From: an uncultured archaeon
GTDB taxonomy: Archaea; Asgardarchaeota; Thorarchaeia; Thorarchaeales; Thorarchaeaceae
DNA: 51,302 nt
Assembly (NCBI GenBank): GCA_964458565.1
Contig: CAYWJO010000022.1
Location: 1 to 51,302 of the forward strand
Direction: 5' to 3'
Each line of letters starts with the position of its first letter. Position 1 is the stretch's first letter. A program made the translations under genes and the position numbers. Below are positions 1 through 8,452 of the stretch, one piece after another. Under the pieces are notes generated by a model that was given only the letters and a program-made list of their open reading frames with translations, was not told where the DNA came from and did not search any database.

Positions 1-52
1 TCTCATGAGGTAGAAGCTGATCAAATGTCGTTACATCACTTGCTTCAGTCAT
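1..52 (-). CDS. 5' end of next gene of the first hdr operon (partial, MTEASDVTTFDQLLPHE...), product unknown
   Basis: ATG at 52-50 overlaps the mvhD TGA (ATGA coupling); frame stays open to the window edge. Confidence 0.6.
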   Translation of the reverse strand, partial: MTEASDVTTFDQLLPHE

Positions 53-480
53 TTCTTACCACCTCCATTTCCGATCGGGTTAGGTCCAAGTTTCCTTACA
101 GTTTCGGTCATTTCAGTTAAGAAGTCAGCCCACTTTTGACCTTCTGACGCACTCGCCCACAGAAGCTGCAATCGCTCCTCGTCCATGCCAATAACTTTCA
201 AAGCTTCCTTCAGGGCTTCATAACGAACCAAAGTCCGATAGTTCCCTGTTGAATAGTGGCAATCTCCGATGTGGCATCCGCTTATCACGACTCCATCGGC
301 TCCATACTTGAATGCCTCAAGCACCATTGAGGGGTCGACTCTTCCTGAACACATCAATCGGATTACCTTCACATTCGGAGGATATTGAATTCTGGATATG
401 CCAGCTAAATCGGCTCCACCATATGAACACCAGTTGCACGTAAATGCAATAATATTTGGTTCAAAATTCTTCGTACTCAA
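49..480 (-). CDS. mvhD: F420-non-reducing hydrogenase iron-sulfur subunit D (MvhD/VhuD, [2Fe-2S])
   Basis: FTCNWCSYGGADLAG, RLMCSGRVD, GCHIGDCHY, WASASEG motifs. TTG at 480 follows GGAGGTG; the ORF track gives GTG 489. Confidence 0.95.
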   Translation of the reverse strand: MSTKNFEPNIIAFTCNWCSYGGADLAGISRIQYPPNVKVIRLMCSGRVDPSMVLEAFKYGADGVVISGCHIGDCHYSTGNYRTLVRYEALKEALKVIGMDEERLQLLWASASEGQKWADFLTEMTETVRKLGPNPIGNGGGKK

Positions 481-481
481 G

Positions 482-3400
482 TTACACACCTCCTCGGAAT
501 CTCGCAGCTGCTATTATCTGCGGTAGAAGTTGATCGCGTTTGTAGTGATGAATATCTATTGCATTTTGTGGACATCCTGCAGCGCAGGTTCCACATCCAG
601 CACATAATTCAGACACCACTCTACGCTCTTCTTTTTCTCCAGTGATTGCACCATAGGGACAAATCTCTGCACAAAGTTCGCAGTCAATACAAAGGTCGGT
701 ATCAATCTCTGCGTAATTGGGTTCTACCTTGAATACACCTGGTGCAAGTAACGCTTGAGCACCTGCTGCAGCAGCTTTACCATACGCTACAGCCTTTGGA
801 ATGTCCATAGGACCTAAGCAAGCTCCGGCAAGAAAGATACCATCCTGAAAAGCATCAACGGGGCGCAACTTTGGATGAGCTTCAAGTAAGAAACCATATT
901 CTCCCAACGAGAGCTTCATTTTTCTTGCTAGTTCCTTTGTGTCTTCGTGGGGATGAATAGCAGATGCTAATACAACCAAATCATGGCTGGTCCCCAGCAA
1001 TTCTCCCGTGTACAGGTCTTCAGCTAGTACTTTCAATGATTTAGTATCTGAGATTTCTTCAATCTCAGATGGACGTCCCTTGATGATCACGACTCCCATT
1101 CCTCGTGCTCTATGGTATAGACCTTCGTACCCAAGACCATGAGTTCTGATGTCCATCGCGTATATTGCAACTTCTGTATCAGGGTACTTCTCTTTGATCT
1201 GAGTCGCTTGTTTCAGAGAGTTTTCACACCCAATGTAACAACAATAATCCTGTCCTATTCGACGGTCTCTGGAACCTACACACTGAATGAAAGCAACAGA
1301 TTTTGGAACTTCATGATCGGAGGGTCGTTTTATCTTACCCTTCGTAGGACCAGCAGCGTTAGTGATTCGTTCCATCTGCGCATTTGTTATTACATTCTCA
1401 AATGTCCCATACCCATATTCACGAGTTTCAAGAGGATCATGTATCTTGAAACCGGTTGCGACTATTATTGCTCCTACATCAAGTTCGATAATTTCATCCT
1501 CAAGTGTATGATCGATTGCCTCTAATTTACAAGCTTCAACACATTCCATACATTCACTACAAACAGCACAGCTAAGACATCGATTTGCCTCAGCTACTGC
1601 CAATGCTTCATCGAATCCCAGTTCAACTTCATCAAATGAGTCCTTTCTCTGTCTTGCACTCAGTGTTGGCATAGATGCCCTTGGATTGTATTTGACATTC
1701 TCAGGATTGATCGTGACTTCAGTAAGAGGGTGAAGAGACTCAGGACGACCTTCCATTAAATCAGTCTTGCTTAGATATCTATCAATAGATATTGCTGCCT
1801 CTTTTCCTTCATGTATCGCATCAATAACTGTTGAACCACCAGAAACAAGGTCACCTCCAGCAAAGACACCCGATGTGCTTGTTTCCATCGTAGTCGGATT
1901 GACACTGATGGTACCCCACATAGTCTGCTCTAATCCGTCTATATGGGGTGCTTTGACTACTTCTTGGCCAATTGCAATGATAATATTATCAGCTTTCAGT
2001 TTGAATTCTGAATCGGGAATTAGAACCGGTCGTCTTCGACCAGATTGATCTGGTTCACCCAATCGCATTTTGATACATTCAACACCTGAAAGTACTCCAT
2101 CTTTCACTAGAACTCGAGTTGGATTTGTAAGGAACTTGATTTTTACACCCTCATTCTCTGCCTCCTCAATCTCACTCGAGATTGCAGGCATTTCTTCACG
2201 AGACCTCCTATAGACAATATCAACTCGAGCCCCCATGCGTCTAGCAGTTCTTGCGGCATCAATAGCTGCATTTCCTCCACCAACAACAATGACGGACTGT
2301 CCTATCTCCACCTTGCGATTACCGTTAACTCGCTCCAAGAAATCTATAGCATGATAGACACCTTTTGTGTTCTCATTCTCAATCCGCATTTTACGGCTAC
2401 CAGGTGCGCCTGTTGCTAGGAAGAATGCTTTGTATCCCTCTTTCTTCAAATCGCTCAATGATTCGACCTTTACACCTGTTTGAATCTCAACTCCTAACTT
2501 CCTCACTCTATCAATCTCTTCTTTGAGTATATTCCTGGGGAGTCGATATTCTGGAATGCCGTATCGTAGAAGACCACCAGGTTGTCTCTTGCTCTCAAAA
2601 ATCGTGACAGAGTAACCTTGCTTAACAAGATCGTGTGCACATGCAATGCCAGCTGGTCCGGCACCGACTACAGCCACGCGCTCTTTCTTAGTAATCTCGT
2701 AAGGTTCTACCTTATTGGATTTATCAGCCATTTCTTTGTCTGCAAGGAACCGATGTAGGTTCTTAATATTGAGAGCTCCCTCATATTGAGAGCGTTCACA
2801 TTTCACTTCACAAGGACTTGTGCAGACTCTTCCAAGAACTCCAGGAAATGGTGTTGATTCTCTATAAAGAGCAAGAGCTTTGTCAAACTTGCCATCACCA
2901 AGAAGAGCCACAAATCCCTGAACATTGACATGTGCAGGACAGGCTATTCTACATGCAGCGTGTCCAAGTTTCTCAATAGTGAATCTATTTGGAACTGATT
3001 GCGGAAACGGGCGGTAGACAGCTTTTCTTTCACTCAGACCAAAATCGTATGAGTTTGTAACTGTCACTGGACAAACAGGTTCACAATCACCACAACCATT
3101 ACACTTGTCGATATCAATGTAGCGAGATTTTTTCCGCACCTTCATATTGAAATTTCCCACATACCCATCTACTTCATCAACCTCACTATATGTATGCAAT
3201 TTGATGTTTGGATGTTGTCCCACTTCAGCCATGATTGGACCTAGAATACATATAGCACAATCGTTTTGAGGAAACACTTTGTCTAAAAGTGCCATTTGAC
3301 CACCTACTGTTGGACGTCTCTCGATCAGATGTGTTTCGAATCCTGCATTCGCTAAATCAAGAGATGCAGAAATTCCAGCCACTCCAGCTCCAATAACGGC

Positions 3401-3844
3401 AACTTTGGGAATCACATTGACTGATTGACGATGCAAGGGAAGTAGTCGCTTGACTCGTTCCACAGACATTGCTACAAGATGCTTTGCCTTCTTCGTAGCT
3501 AGCTCAGGTTGTTTCATGTGAACCCAGCTTACGTGTTCTCTGATGTTGACTTGATCATACAAGTACCGGTTGAGTCCAGCATCTTCAACACACTTTCTAA
3601 AGACAGGTTCATGTGTACGAGGTGTGCAACTAGCTACAACAACTCCAGTCAAGTTATATTTCTTAATGGCTTCCTGAATTGTTGCTTGACCATCATCTGA
3701 GCAAGCGAAAAGAAGATTAACAGCATGAGCAACACCATTTAGAGTTCCAGCGAATTTGGCTACATCAGCGCAATCAACAGTACTAGCTATATTCAATCCG
3801 CAATTACATACAAAGACACCAACTCTTGATTCTGAATCATACAT
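482..3844 (-). CDS. hdrA: Heterodisulfide reductase subunit A with inserted GltD/NfnB-like NAD(P)H-binding module (HdrA/HdrL-like, 1120 aa)
   Basis: GVFVCNCG N-terminus, SCTPRTHE, GAGVAG FAD motif, DCAICIL, ferredoxin motifs, CPAHVNVQ...GRVC, GAGPAG, GGGNAAIDAAR/YRRS, QCVGSR, EAHPKLRPV, C-terminal 2x[4Fe-4S]. Confidence 0.95.
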   Translation of the reverse strand: MYDSESRVGVFVCNCGLNIASTVDCADVAKFAGTLNGVAHAVNLLFACSDDGQATIQEAIKKYNLTGVVVASCTPRTHEPVFRKCVEDAGLNRYLYDQVNIREHVSWVHMKQPELATKKAKHLVAMSVERVKRLLPLHRQSVNVIPKVAVIGAGVAGISASLDLANAGFETHLIERRPTVGGQMALLDKVFPQNDCAICILGPIMAEVGQHPNIKLHTYSEVDEVDGYVGNFNMKVRKKSRYIDIDKCNGCGDCEPVCPVTVTNSYDFGLSERKAVYRPFPQSVPNRFTIEKLGHAACRIACPAHVNVQGFVALLGDGKFDKALALYRESTPFPGVLGRVCTSPCEVKCERSQYEGALNIKNLHRFLADKEMADKSNKVEPYEITKKERVAVVGAGPAGIACAHDLVKQGYSVTIFESKRQPGGLLRYGIPEYRLPRNILKEEIDRVRKLGVEIQTGVKVESLSDLKKEGYKAFFLATGAPGSRKMRIENENTKGVYHAIDFLERVNGNRKVEIGQSVIVVGGGNAAIDAARTARRMGARVDIVYRRSREEMPAISSEIEEAENEGVKIKFLTNPTRVLVKDGVLSGVECIKMRLGEPDQSGRRRPVLIPDSEFKLKADNIIIAIGQEVVKAPHIDGLEQTMWGTISVNPTTMETSTSGVFAGGDLVSGGSTVIDAIHEGKEAAISIDRYLSKTDLMEGRPESLHPLTEVTINPENVKYNPRASMPTLSARQRKDSFDEVELGFDEALAVAEANRCLSCAVCSECMECVEACKLEAIDHTLEDEIIELDVGAIIVATGFKIHDPLETREYGYGTFENVITNAQMERITNAAGPTKGKIKRPSDHEVPKSVAFIQCVGSRDRRIGQDYCCYIGCENSLKQATQIKEKYPDTEVAIYAMDIRTHGLGYEGLYHRARGMGVVIIKGRPSEIEEISDTKSLKVLAEDLYTGELLGTSHDLVVLASAIHPHEDTKELARKMKLSLGEYGFLLEAHPKLRPVDAFQDGIFLAGACLGPMDIPKAVAYGKAAAAGAQALLAPGVFKVEPNYAEIDTDLCIDCELCAEICPYGAITGEKEERRVVSELCAGCGTCAAGCPQNAIDIHHYKRDQLLPQIIAAARFRGGV

Positions 3845-3847
3845 GAT

Positions 3848-4741
3848 TTAAGCACCTCCTTTCATCACTTTCTCTACAAATTTCTGCGTCTTTACAGTAT
3901 GAAGGTCTAATCCAATTTCTTCAGGAGAATAACCAAAGCCTAGTGCGATGATTTGCGGGTAATGAATGACAGGTATGTCAATGTTGTCCATCCCGAACTT
4001 CCGCTTGATTAATCGCTGGCCCATATCATGTTGAATGTGACACAGGGAACAGACAGTTACTAATCCATCAAGATCAGCATTATCAGCGTCTACTAGACGT
4101 TCATGAAGAACCATGTCTGCAACATCATCATTTGTACCCCTCAAGAGACCTCCACAACAGCGATGTTTTCCTGAATATTGCTTACTTGTGACACCAAGTT
4201 CTTCAAGTAGTTCATCAGCAAACGTTGGCCGCTCAGAATATTCGATATTCAGAAGCTCGTGAGGTTTAAGCATATGACAACCATACCGTAATCCAATTTC
4301 TATACCACTAAGGTCTCTCTCAGACTTCTCTCGTATCTTCTCAAGTCCTACATCCTTGAAAAGAAAATCAACCAAGTGTCTTGGTTCAACTGTGCCTTTG
4401 TATTGCAAACCAATCTTTGAAAGAACCTCATTAATTCGATTTTTCATTTCGGGGTAGGTCTCCAGAATGTGATTTGCCCGACGATAAGCATGGAAACAAC
4501 CACTACATGGAGTCATGAGATCCAGATTCATCTGTTCAGCTTTTGCTAAATTGCGAGCTGCCATTGCCACACTCGTAGTCAAATCCAAAGACTGCATCCA
4601 AAATGGACCACAGCAGGTCTCATTTGGAATATCAGTAATCTCAACATCAAGATGTTCTAAGACTTTTCTAGAAGCAGCCTCATAACCAAGTAGAGACCTT
4701 CTTGTTGGAATAAGACAACCCCACGCTATTGCCATTTTCAT
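3848..4741 (-). CDS. hdrB: Heterodisulfide reductase subunit B (two CCG domains)
   Basis: WGC...TCCG...TPCSGC and YGCH...RCCGG...VCSLC motifs; position between hdrC and hdrA. Confidence 0.93.
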   Translation of the reverse strand: MKMAIAWGCLIPTRRSLLGYEAASRKVLEHLDVEITDIPNETCCGPFWMQSLDLTTSVAMAARNLAKAEQMNLDLMTPCSGCFHAYRRANHILETYPEMKNRINEVLSKIGLQYKGTVEPRHLVDFLFKDVGLEKIREKSERDLSGIEIGLRYGCHMLKPHELLNIEYSERPTFADELLEELGVTSKQYSGKHRCCGGLLRGTNDDVADMVLHERLVDADNADLDGLVTVCSLCHIQHDMGQRLIKRKFGMDNIDIPVIHYPQIIALGFGYSPEEIGLDLHTVKTQKFVEKVMKGGA

Positions 4742-5289
4742 TCTTCTTCAGCCTCCTTGTTTAGAGCGAGTAAATCATAGAATCCTGTAATTTCCGCAAT
4801 ACGTTTAATGTCTTCAATCGCAGGGTCCTGCAAAACTGGCAAACCCAGTTTCTCTCTCATTTTGTCTACCGTACCAGTCCTTGCACTAACACGTCCAATT
4901 TCCAAAACCATCTTGGCCATTTTCAGATAGCCCTTAGCACCCTTGCCCTCTTGCACAGCCATGTTTCTTAGAATTGTGACAATGTCCGTAAAGTTCACTT
5001 CTTGGATGCAGCGCTCTTCACAGGTAAAACAGGCCGCGCACAACCAAATATCGTCAGAAGAGAGTACTTGTTCTTCAAGACCCAGAAGGACCTTACCCAT
5101 TATCTTGCGGGGTCTATAATCGATTACAGATCCAACTGGACAACCACCACTACAAGCACCGCACTTAAGACAACGTAATAATCCCTCTCCACCCACTTGT
5201 TCCGCAACGCGATATTTGAAGGACGAGTGAACATCAAAATCATGTATTGGTTCATCAGATCTGTATGATTTTATTTCTCCTTTCTCCAT
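4738..5289 (-). CDS. hdrC: Heterodisulfide reductase subunit C
   Basis: CLKCGACSGGCP and WLCAACFTCEERC [4Fe-4S] motifs. Confidence 0.93.
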   Translation of the reverse strand: MEKGEIKSYRSDEPIHDFDVHSSFKYRVAEQVGGEGLLRCLKCGACSGGCPVGSVIDYRPRKIMGKVLLGLEEQVLSSDDIWLCAACFTCEERCIQEVNFTDIVTILRNMAVQEGKGAKGYLKMAKMVLEIGRVSARTGTVDKMREKLGLPVLQDPAIEDIKRIAEITGFYDLLALNKEAEEE

Positions 5290-5926
5290 GTGATTAACAG
5301 CTCCTTATCAAAGTAAGATTGTAAGATATAGTGTGTCTACTAAAAGAAATGGAGGAAATCGATTCGTGATTTTTGAGCATCGCCGCTTAACCTCCGATTC
5401 AGCTAATGCGTCATTGTACCAATGCAATGCTGCTATTCAGCAGCGCCATTTTATGATGAAGTTCTAGTCTAAATGTTGTAATCCACTGAATACCTATTCA
5501 ATGACGAACTAAAAAACAATTAATAACTCTATTCTTTTATTTTATTAAAAACTGTAAGAAAAAGAATAGTAATAAGATGTATTTGTATCCTACAAGCTTG
5601 TAAACAAATAGTAATCTGTAACCCACTTATATATAAAATAACGATACCAATGGTAACTTATTCTATTTAGAAATTTCCAAAACGTATGGTACTATTATAT
5701 TTTCTATTAGTATAAACGTATATTTTTGAGATTGCGTTTCCTAGTTCTTTGAGGAGTATTCAGCGCCTTTGAGTAACTGTATCACCTATTGGTAAAAATG
5801 AACGACTCGACATTGTCCTCACACATTAAGTTGAATTCTACTCGGAGGATTATATCTATCATTAAATGTCTTGAAATTGAATCACTGTGAGACGTAACAT
5901 ACATTGGGTATCAGATACCAAAACAT

Positions 5927-6703
5927 TTGATATATCGTTTGACTAGATTGCTTTGTGAGAGGTTCAATCTATTGGACGAAATATATGAGAAAATGCGGAA
6001 TGACCTGATTAAGGAAGGACTTCTAAAACCTGATGAGGAAATTGACAATATCGAGTTGACAAAGAAATGGCAGGAGTTACAGGTAAAGCAGATGAAAGCT
6101 GCAATGTCAGGAGCTTTTGATGATATAATCCCCTCAAGTTCAGATCGAACCAAGAAAGAAGGAGTGAAGCCTCCAAGTTTATTTCAAGATATGGAATCCC
6201 CTTTTGATTTCACTACTCAAAGTACATCTGAAAAAGAGATTGACGTTCGAGAAGGAATAAGACAAGCACTCGATGCACTTCTTAACAAAGCAATTGGTGC
6301 CAATTATTGTATGATTGTAGTGAATAGAGCATGGGTGAATTTTAGATATAAGAAGAACAAGGACAATCTTCACTTACAAGTTGCTGGAAACAAATACATC
6401 ACCCCAATGAAATTGGAAAATAGAGACATTGAGCATTTAGAGAACATGGGAATACCTCCAGAACCAATGTCTATTGAAATCTACGCACGCGATTTTAATA
6501 AAGAATCAAGAGATTTCAATAAAATCATAGAAGATATTATCGAGATTTTCAAAGACGTCTACCATGTCAGAGATGGCGATGATGCCTATGTAGAGCTTGA
6601 TCTTGGTAAAGGAGAAGATGAATCAATATTGAAGGAGATTGCCAAATTCTTTAGTAGTAGAAGTGGAAAGAAATTCACGTGGCAGTGGAACAACAGTATC
6701 TAA
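5927..6703 (+). CDS. Hypothetical protein, C-terminal half resembles TY-Chap (CesT/YbjN-like chaperone) domain; true start may be downstream (e.g. ATG 5993)
   Basis: 258-aa ORF; pattern WVNF...LHLQVAGNKYI...L..MG...IFKDVY. Confidence 0.6.
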   Translation: MIYRLTRLLCERFNLLDEIYEKMRNDLIKEGLLKPDEEIDNIELTKKWQELQVKQMKAAMSGAFDDIIPSSSDRTKKEGVKPPSLFQDMESPFDFTTQSTSEKEIDVREGIRQALDALLNKAIGANYCMIVVNRAWVNFRYKKNKDNLHLQVAGNKYITPMKLENRDIEHLENMGIPPEPMSIEIYARDFNKESRDFNKIIEDIIEIFKDVYHVRDGDDAYVELDLGKGEDESILKEIAKFFSSRSGKKFTWQWNNSI

Positions 6704-6741
6704 TATATGTAGGTCCTGCTGCTAAAAATAATCAATGAACC

Positions 6742-6820
6742 AATCAAGGTGAAAGGGAGATAGATCCCTTGGAATAGGAAAAGCGTGTCGAATGCTTGAT
6801 CTATCATCCCTTTCTTGATT
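6742..6820. other. Long multi-branch stem-loop between convergent genes (3' end of vhu operon)
   Basis: Nested inverted repeats AATCAAG/CTTGATT, AAAGGGA/TCCCTTT, GATAGATC/GATCTATC enclosing two small hairpins. Confidence 0.6.
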
Positions 6821-6899
6821 TATCTGGAAATGTTGGTAGCGCCCTTCTCCGTTTCAGAACAATTCCATTCTCCAACATTTTACTCATCTCATTTATTAA

Positions 6900-6997
6900 A
6901 GGAAGAAAGTGACCGGCGAACCCTTGCGGGGTTGTCCAGTCCAGACCAAGTCTTTCGGTCGGGACCTTCATCCGCCGCCAGTCACGAGCTCCTTCCT
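6900..6997 (-). promoter_or_regulatory. Eukaryote-like (Asgard-type) SECIS element of vhuU
   Basis: Minus strand: AUGAA-GGUCC-C-GACC-GAAAGACUU-GGUC-U-GGACU-GGAC gives an AUGA/GA core, ~11-nt helix II and an AAA apical loop. It is closed by GUGACUGGCG/CGCCGGUCAC and GGAAGGAG/UUUCUUCC stems, with a side hairpin AACCC-CGCAA-GGGUU. Confidence 0.85.
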
Positions 6998-7120
6998 AAC
7001 TATTTCGCGGCCCTCGTCGTCGACGACGACTAAATGAGCGCCGCAAGATAGTCAGCAATCATAGCACCGAACCACCATTTCCAGGAGATTCAGTACGCCT
7101 TCAGGTATCTCGTCCGTCAT
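6968..7120 (-). CDS. vhuU: Selenoprotein VhuU, small C-terminal subunit of group 3c [NiFeSe]-hydrogenase (MTDEIPEGVLNLLEMVVRCYDCULSCGAHLVVVDDEGREIVRKELVTGGG)
   Basis: ATG 16 nt after vhuA stop; in-frame TGA at 7054-7052 in the R-x-Y-D-x-U-x-x-C-x-x-H Ni-binding L2 motif that vhuA lacks; SECIS downstream. Confidence 0.93.
7000..7051 (-). promoter_or_regulatory. In-frame stem-loop directly 3' of the Sec UGA (Sec redefinition element-like)
   Basis: CUAUCUUGCGGC pairs with GCCGCGAAAUAG (11 of 12), then CUC/GAG and GUCGUC-GUC-GACGAC. Confidence 0.65.
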
Positions 7121-7135
7121 TGTTTTGTTTCCTTT

Positions 7136-8452
7136 CTAGTGTTTAACCATTGGTTCTGGAAGATTGATCTGACTTAGACCATTCTCCTCTAGTATGAATT
7201 TAGCAGCATCCATGAGACTCTTCTCGATCCCTGCTATGTTATTATTAGTTGCAACAATTAGATTAGCATGAGTGAGCATACCTTTGTCATCACTCTCATA
7301 ATTATGCAACAGTATTCCTCTAGGAGCCTCGACAACACCAACTCCATTCCCTGCTTTCGGTTCCACATCAGAGAGTTTTACATCAGTGCTGACAATGTCA
7401 TCATCTTCTAGGAGTGTCTTTATCCACTCAACAGCTTGGACTGTTTCAACAATGCGAGCGTAATGATAAGCAAATGTGTGATGCGATGGTCTTCCTACGA
7501 GTTCACGCATCTCTTTGAGAGCCGCGTCTGCGAGTGGAGTTGCCATCTTATCAGCTACATTACACCTAGCAAGAGTATTGGCTCGCCATATGCCATCTGG
7601 ATATCCGGCTGGTTTGTAGTAGATATGTGTAGCATAGCTGTGATTTGGAATATGTTCTCCATAATACTGAAGATAATCCTTCGGTTCGAAGTCAGCGACT
7701 ATCTTACCCTCTGGATCCATAACACGAATTGTTCCATCGTAGATATCCAACTCACCGTTGTTTGCTAGACCAATGTAATAAGTCGGTGTAACAGCAACCT
7801 TCGTGACAACATCGATGTAGGCATTTACCACGGTCTTTGCTAGTTCAACTGTCTTGTTCAAATTATCAAGAAGTTCGGGTATCTGTTTCAACCATTTCTG
7901 TCGATCGTCCTCTGGAAGTGAGTGGAGCATTCCTCCTGGAATCGCAGTTACAGGATGTATTGCTTTCGCACCAATATCCCGGCAGAGTTCTTGTCCGAAC
8001 TCCATCATCTTGATAGCCTGAACTGCTACATCGGGTAAGTCTTTCAAGACCTGAGCGACATTTCTCAATGAAGGATCCGCTGTTGGACCATAAACAAAAT
8101 CAGGAGCAGCAAGTGCATAGAAGTGGATCATGTGACTGCTCAGTTGCTTTGCTTCAATGAGTAATCTTCGAAGTTTCACTGCTGCTGGTGGGATTTTTAT
8201 ATCCCAAGCTGCTTCAACCGCTTTCACTGAAGCCAAGTGATGGGGTATTGGACAAATACCACAGATTCTTGGAGCAATCCGAGGGGCTTCCTCCATTTGT
8301 CTACCGACCAGAAATTGTTCAAAGAAACGTGTGCTGTTCACGTTGAACTGAATATCCTTTACTTTACCCCCTTCACCAAGCTTGATGGTTAGAGAGCCAT
8401 GTCCTTCTAGTCTTGTCACTGGGTCAATTCTGACTGTCTTCACTCCTGTCAA
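7136..8452 (-). CDS. vhuA: Group 3c [NiFe(Se)]-hydrogenase large subunit VhuA/MvhA, lacking C-terminal DPCxxCxxH
   Basis: IDPVTRLEGH, RICGICPIPH (L1), EAPRG, NLIVAT; ends LPEPMVKH without L2 motif. Confidence 0.93.
   Translation of the reverse strand: MTGVKTVRIDPVTRLEGHGSLTIKLGEGGKVKDIQFNVNSTRFFEQFLVGRQMEEAPRIAPRICGICPIPHHLASVKAVEAAWDIKIPPAAVKLRRLLIEAKQLSSHMIHFYALAAPDFVYGPTADPSLRNVAQVLKDLPDVAVQAIKMMEFGQELCRDIGAKAIHPVTAIPGGMLHSLPEDDRQKWLKQIPELLDNLNKTVELAKTVVNAYIDVVTKVAVTPTYYIGLANNGELDIYDGTIRVMDPEGKIVADFEPKDYLQYYGEHIPNHSYATHIYYKPAGYPDGIWRANTLARCNVADKMATPLADAALKEMRELVGRPSHHTFAYHYARIVETVQAVEWIKTLLEDDDIVSTDVKLSDVEPKAGNGVGVVEAPRGILLHNYESDDKGMLTHANLIVATNNNIAGIEKSLMDAAKFILEENGLSQINLPEPMVKH

Noticed and set aside
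6893-6970. Second Sec by readthrough of the vhuU terminal TGA (extension URSRPKDLVWTGQPRKGSPVTFFL)
   Set aside because: The extension is just the SECIS sequence with no protein-like motif, and it lies after the maturation cleavage site; best read as stop
6815-7033. 72-aa plus-strand ORF in the ORF track
   Set aside because: Antisense shadow of vhuU and its SECIS; TTG start, no recognisable motif
49-8451. TGA stops of mvhD (49-51), hdrC (4738-4740) and vhuG (8449-8451) as Sec codons
   Set aside because: Proteins are complete at those points and each TGA overlaps the next start codon (translational coupling)
7136-8452. vhuA as a truncated pseudogene
   Set aside because: The missing C-terminal motif is encoded by the adjacent vhuU
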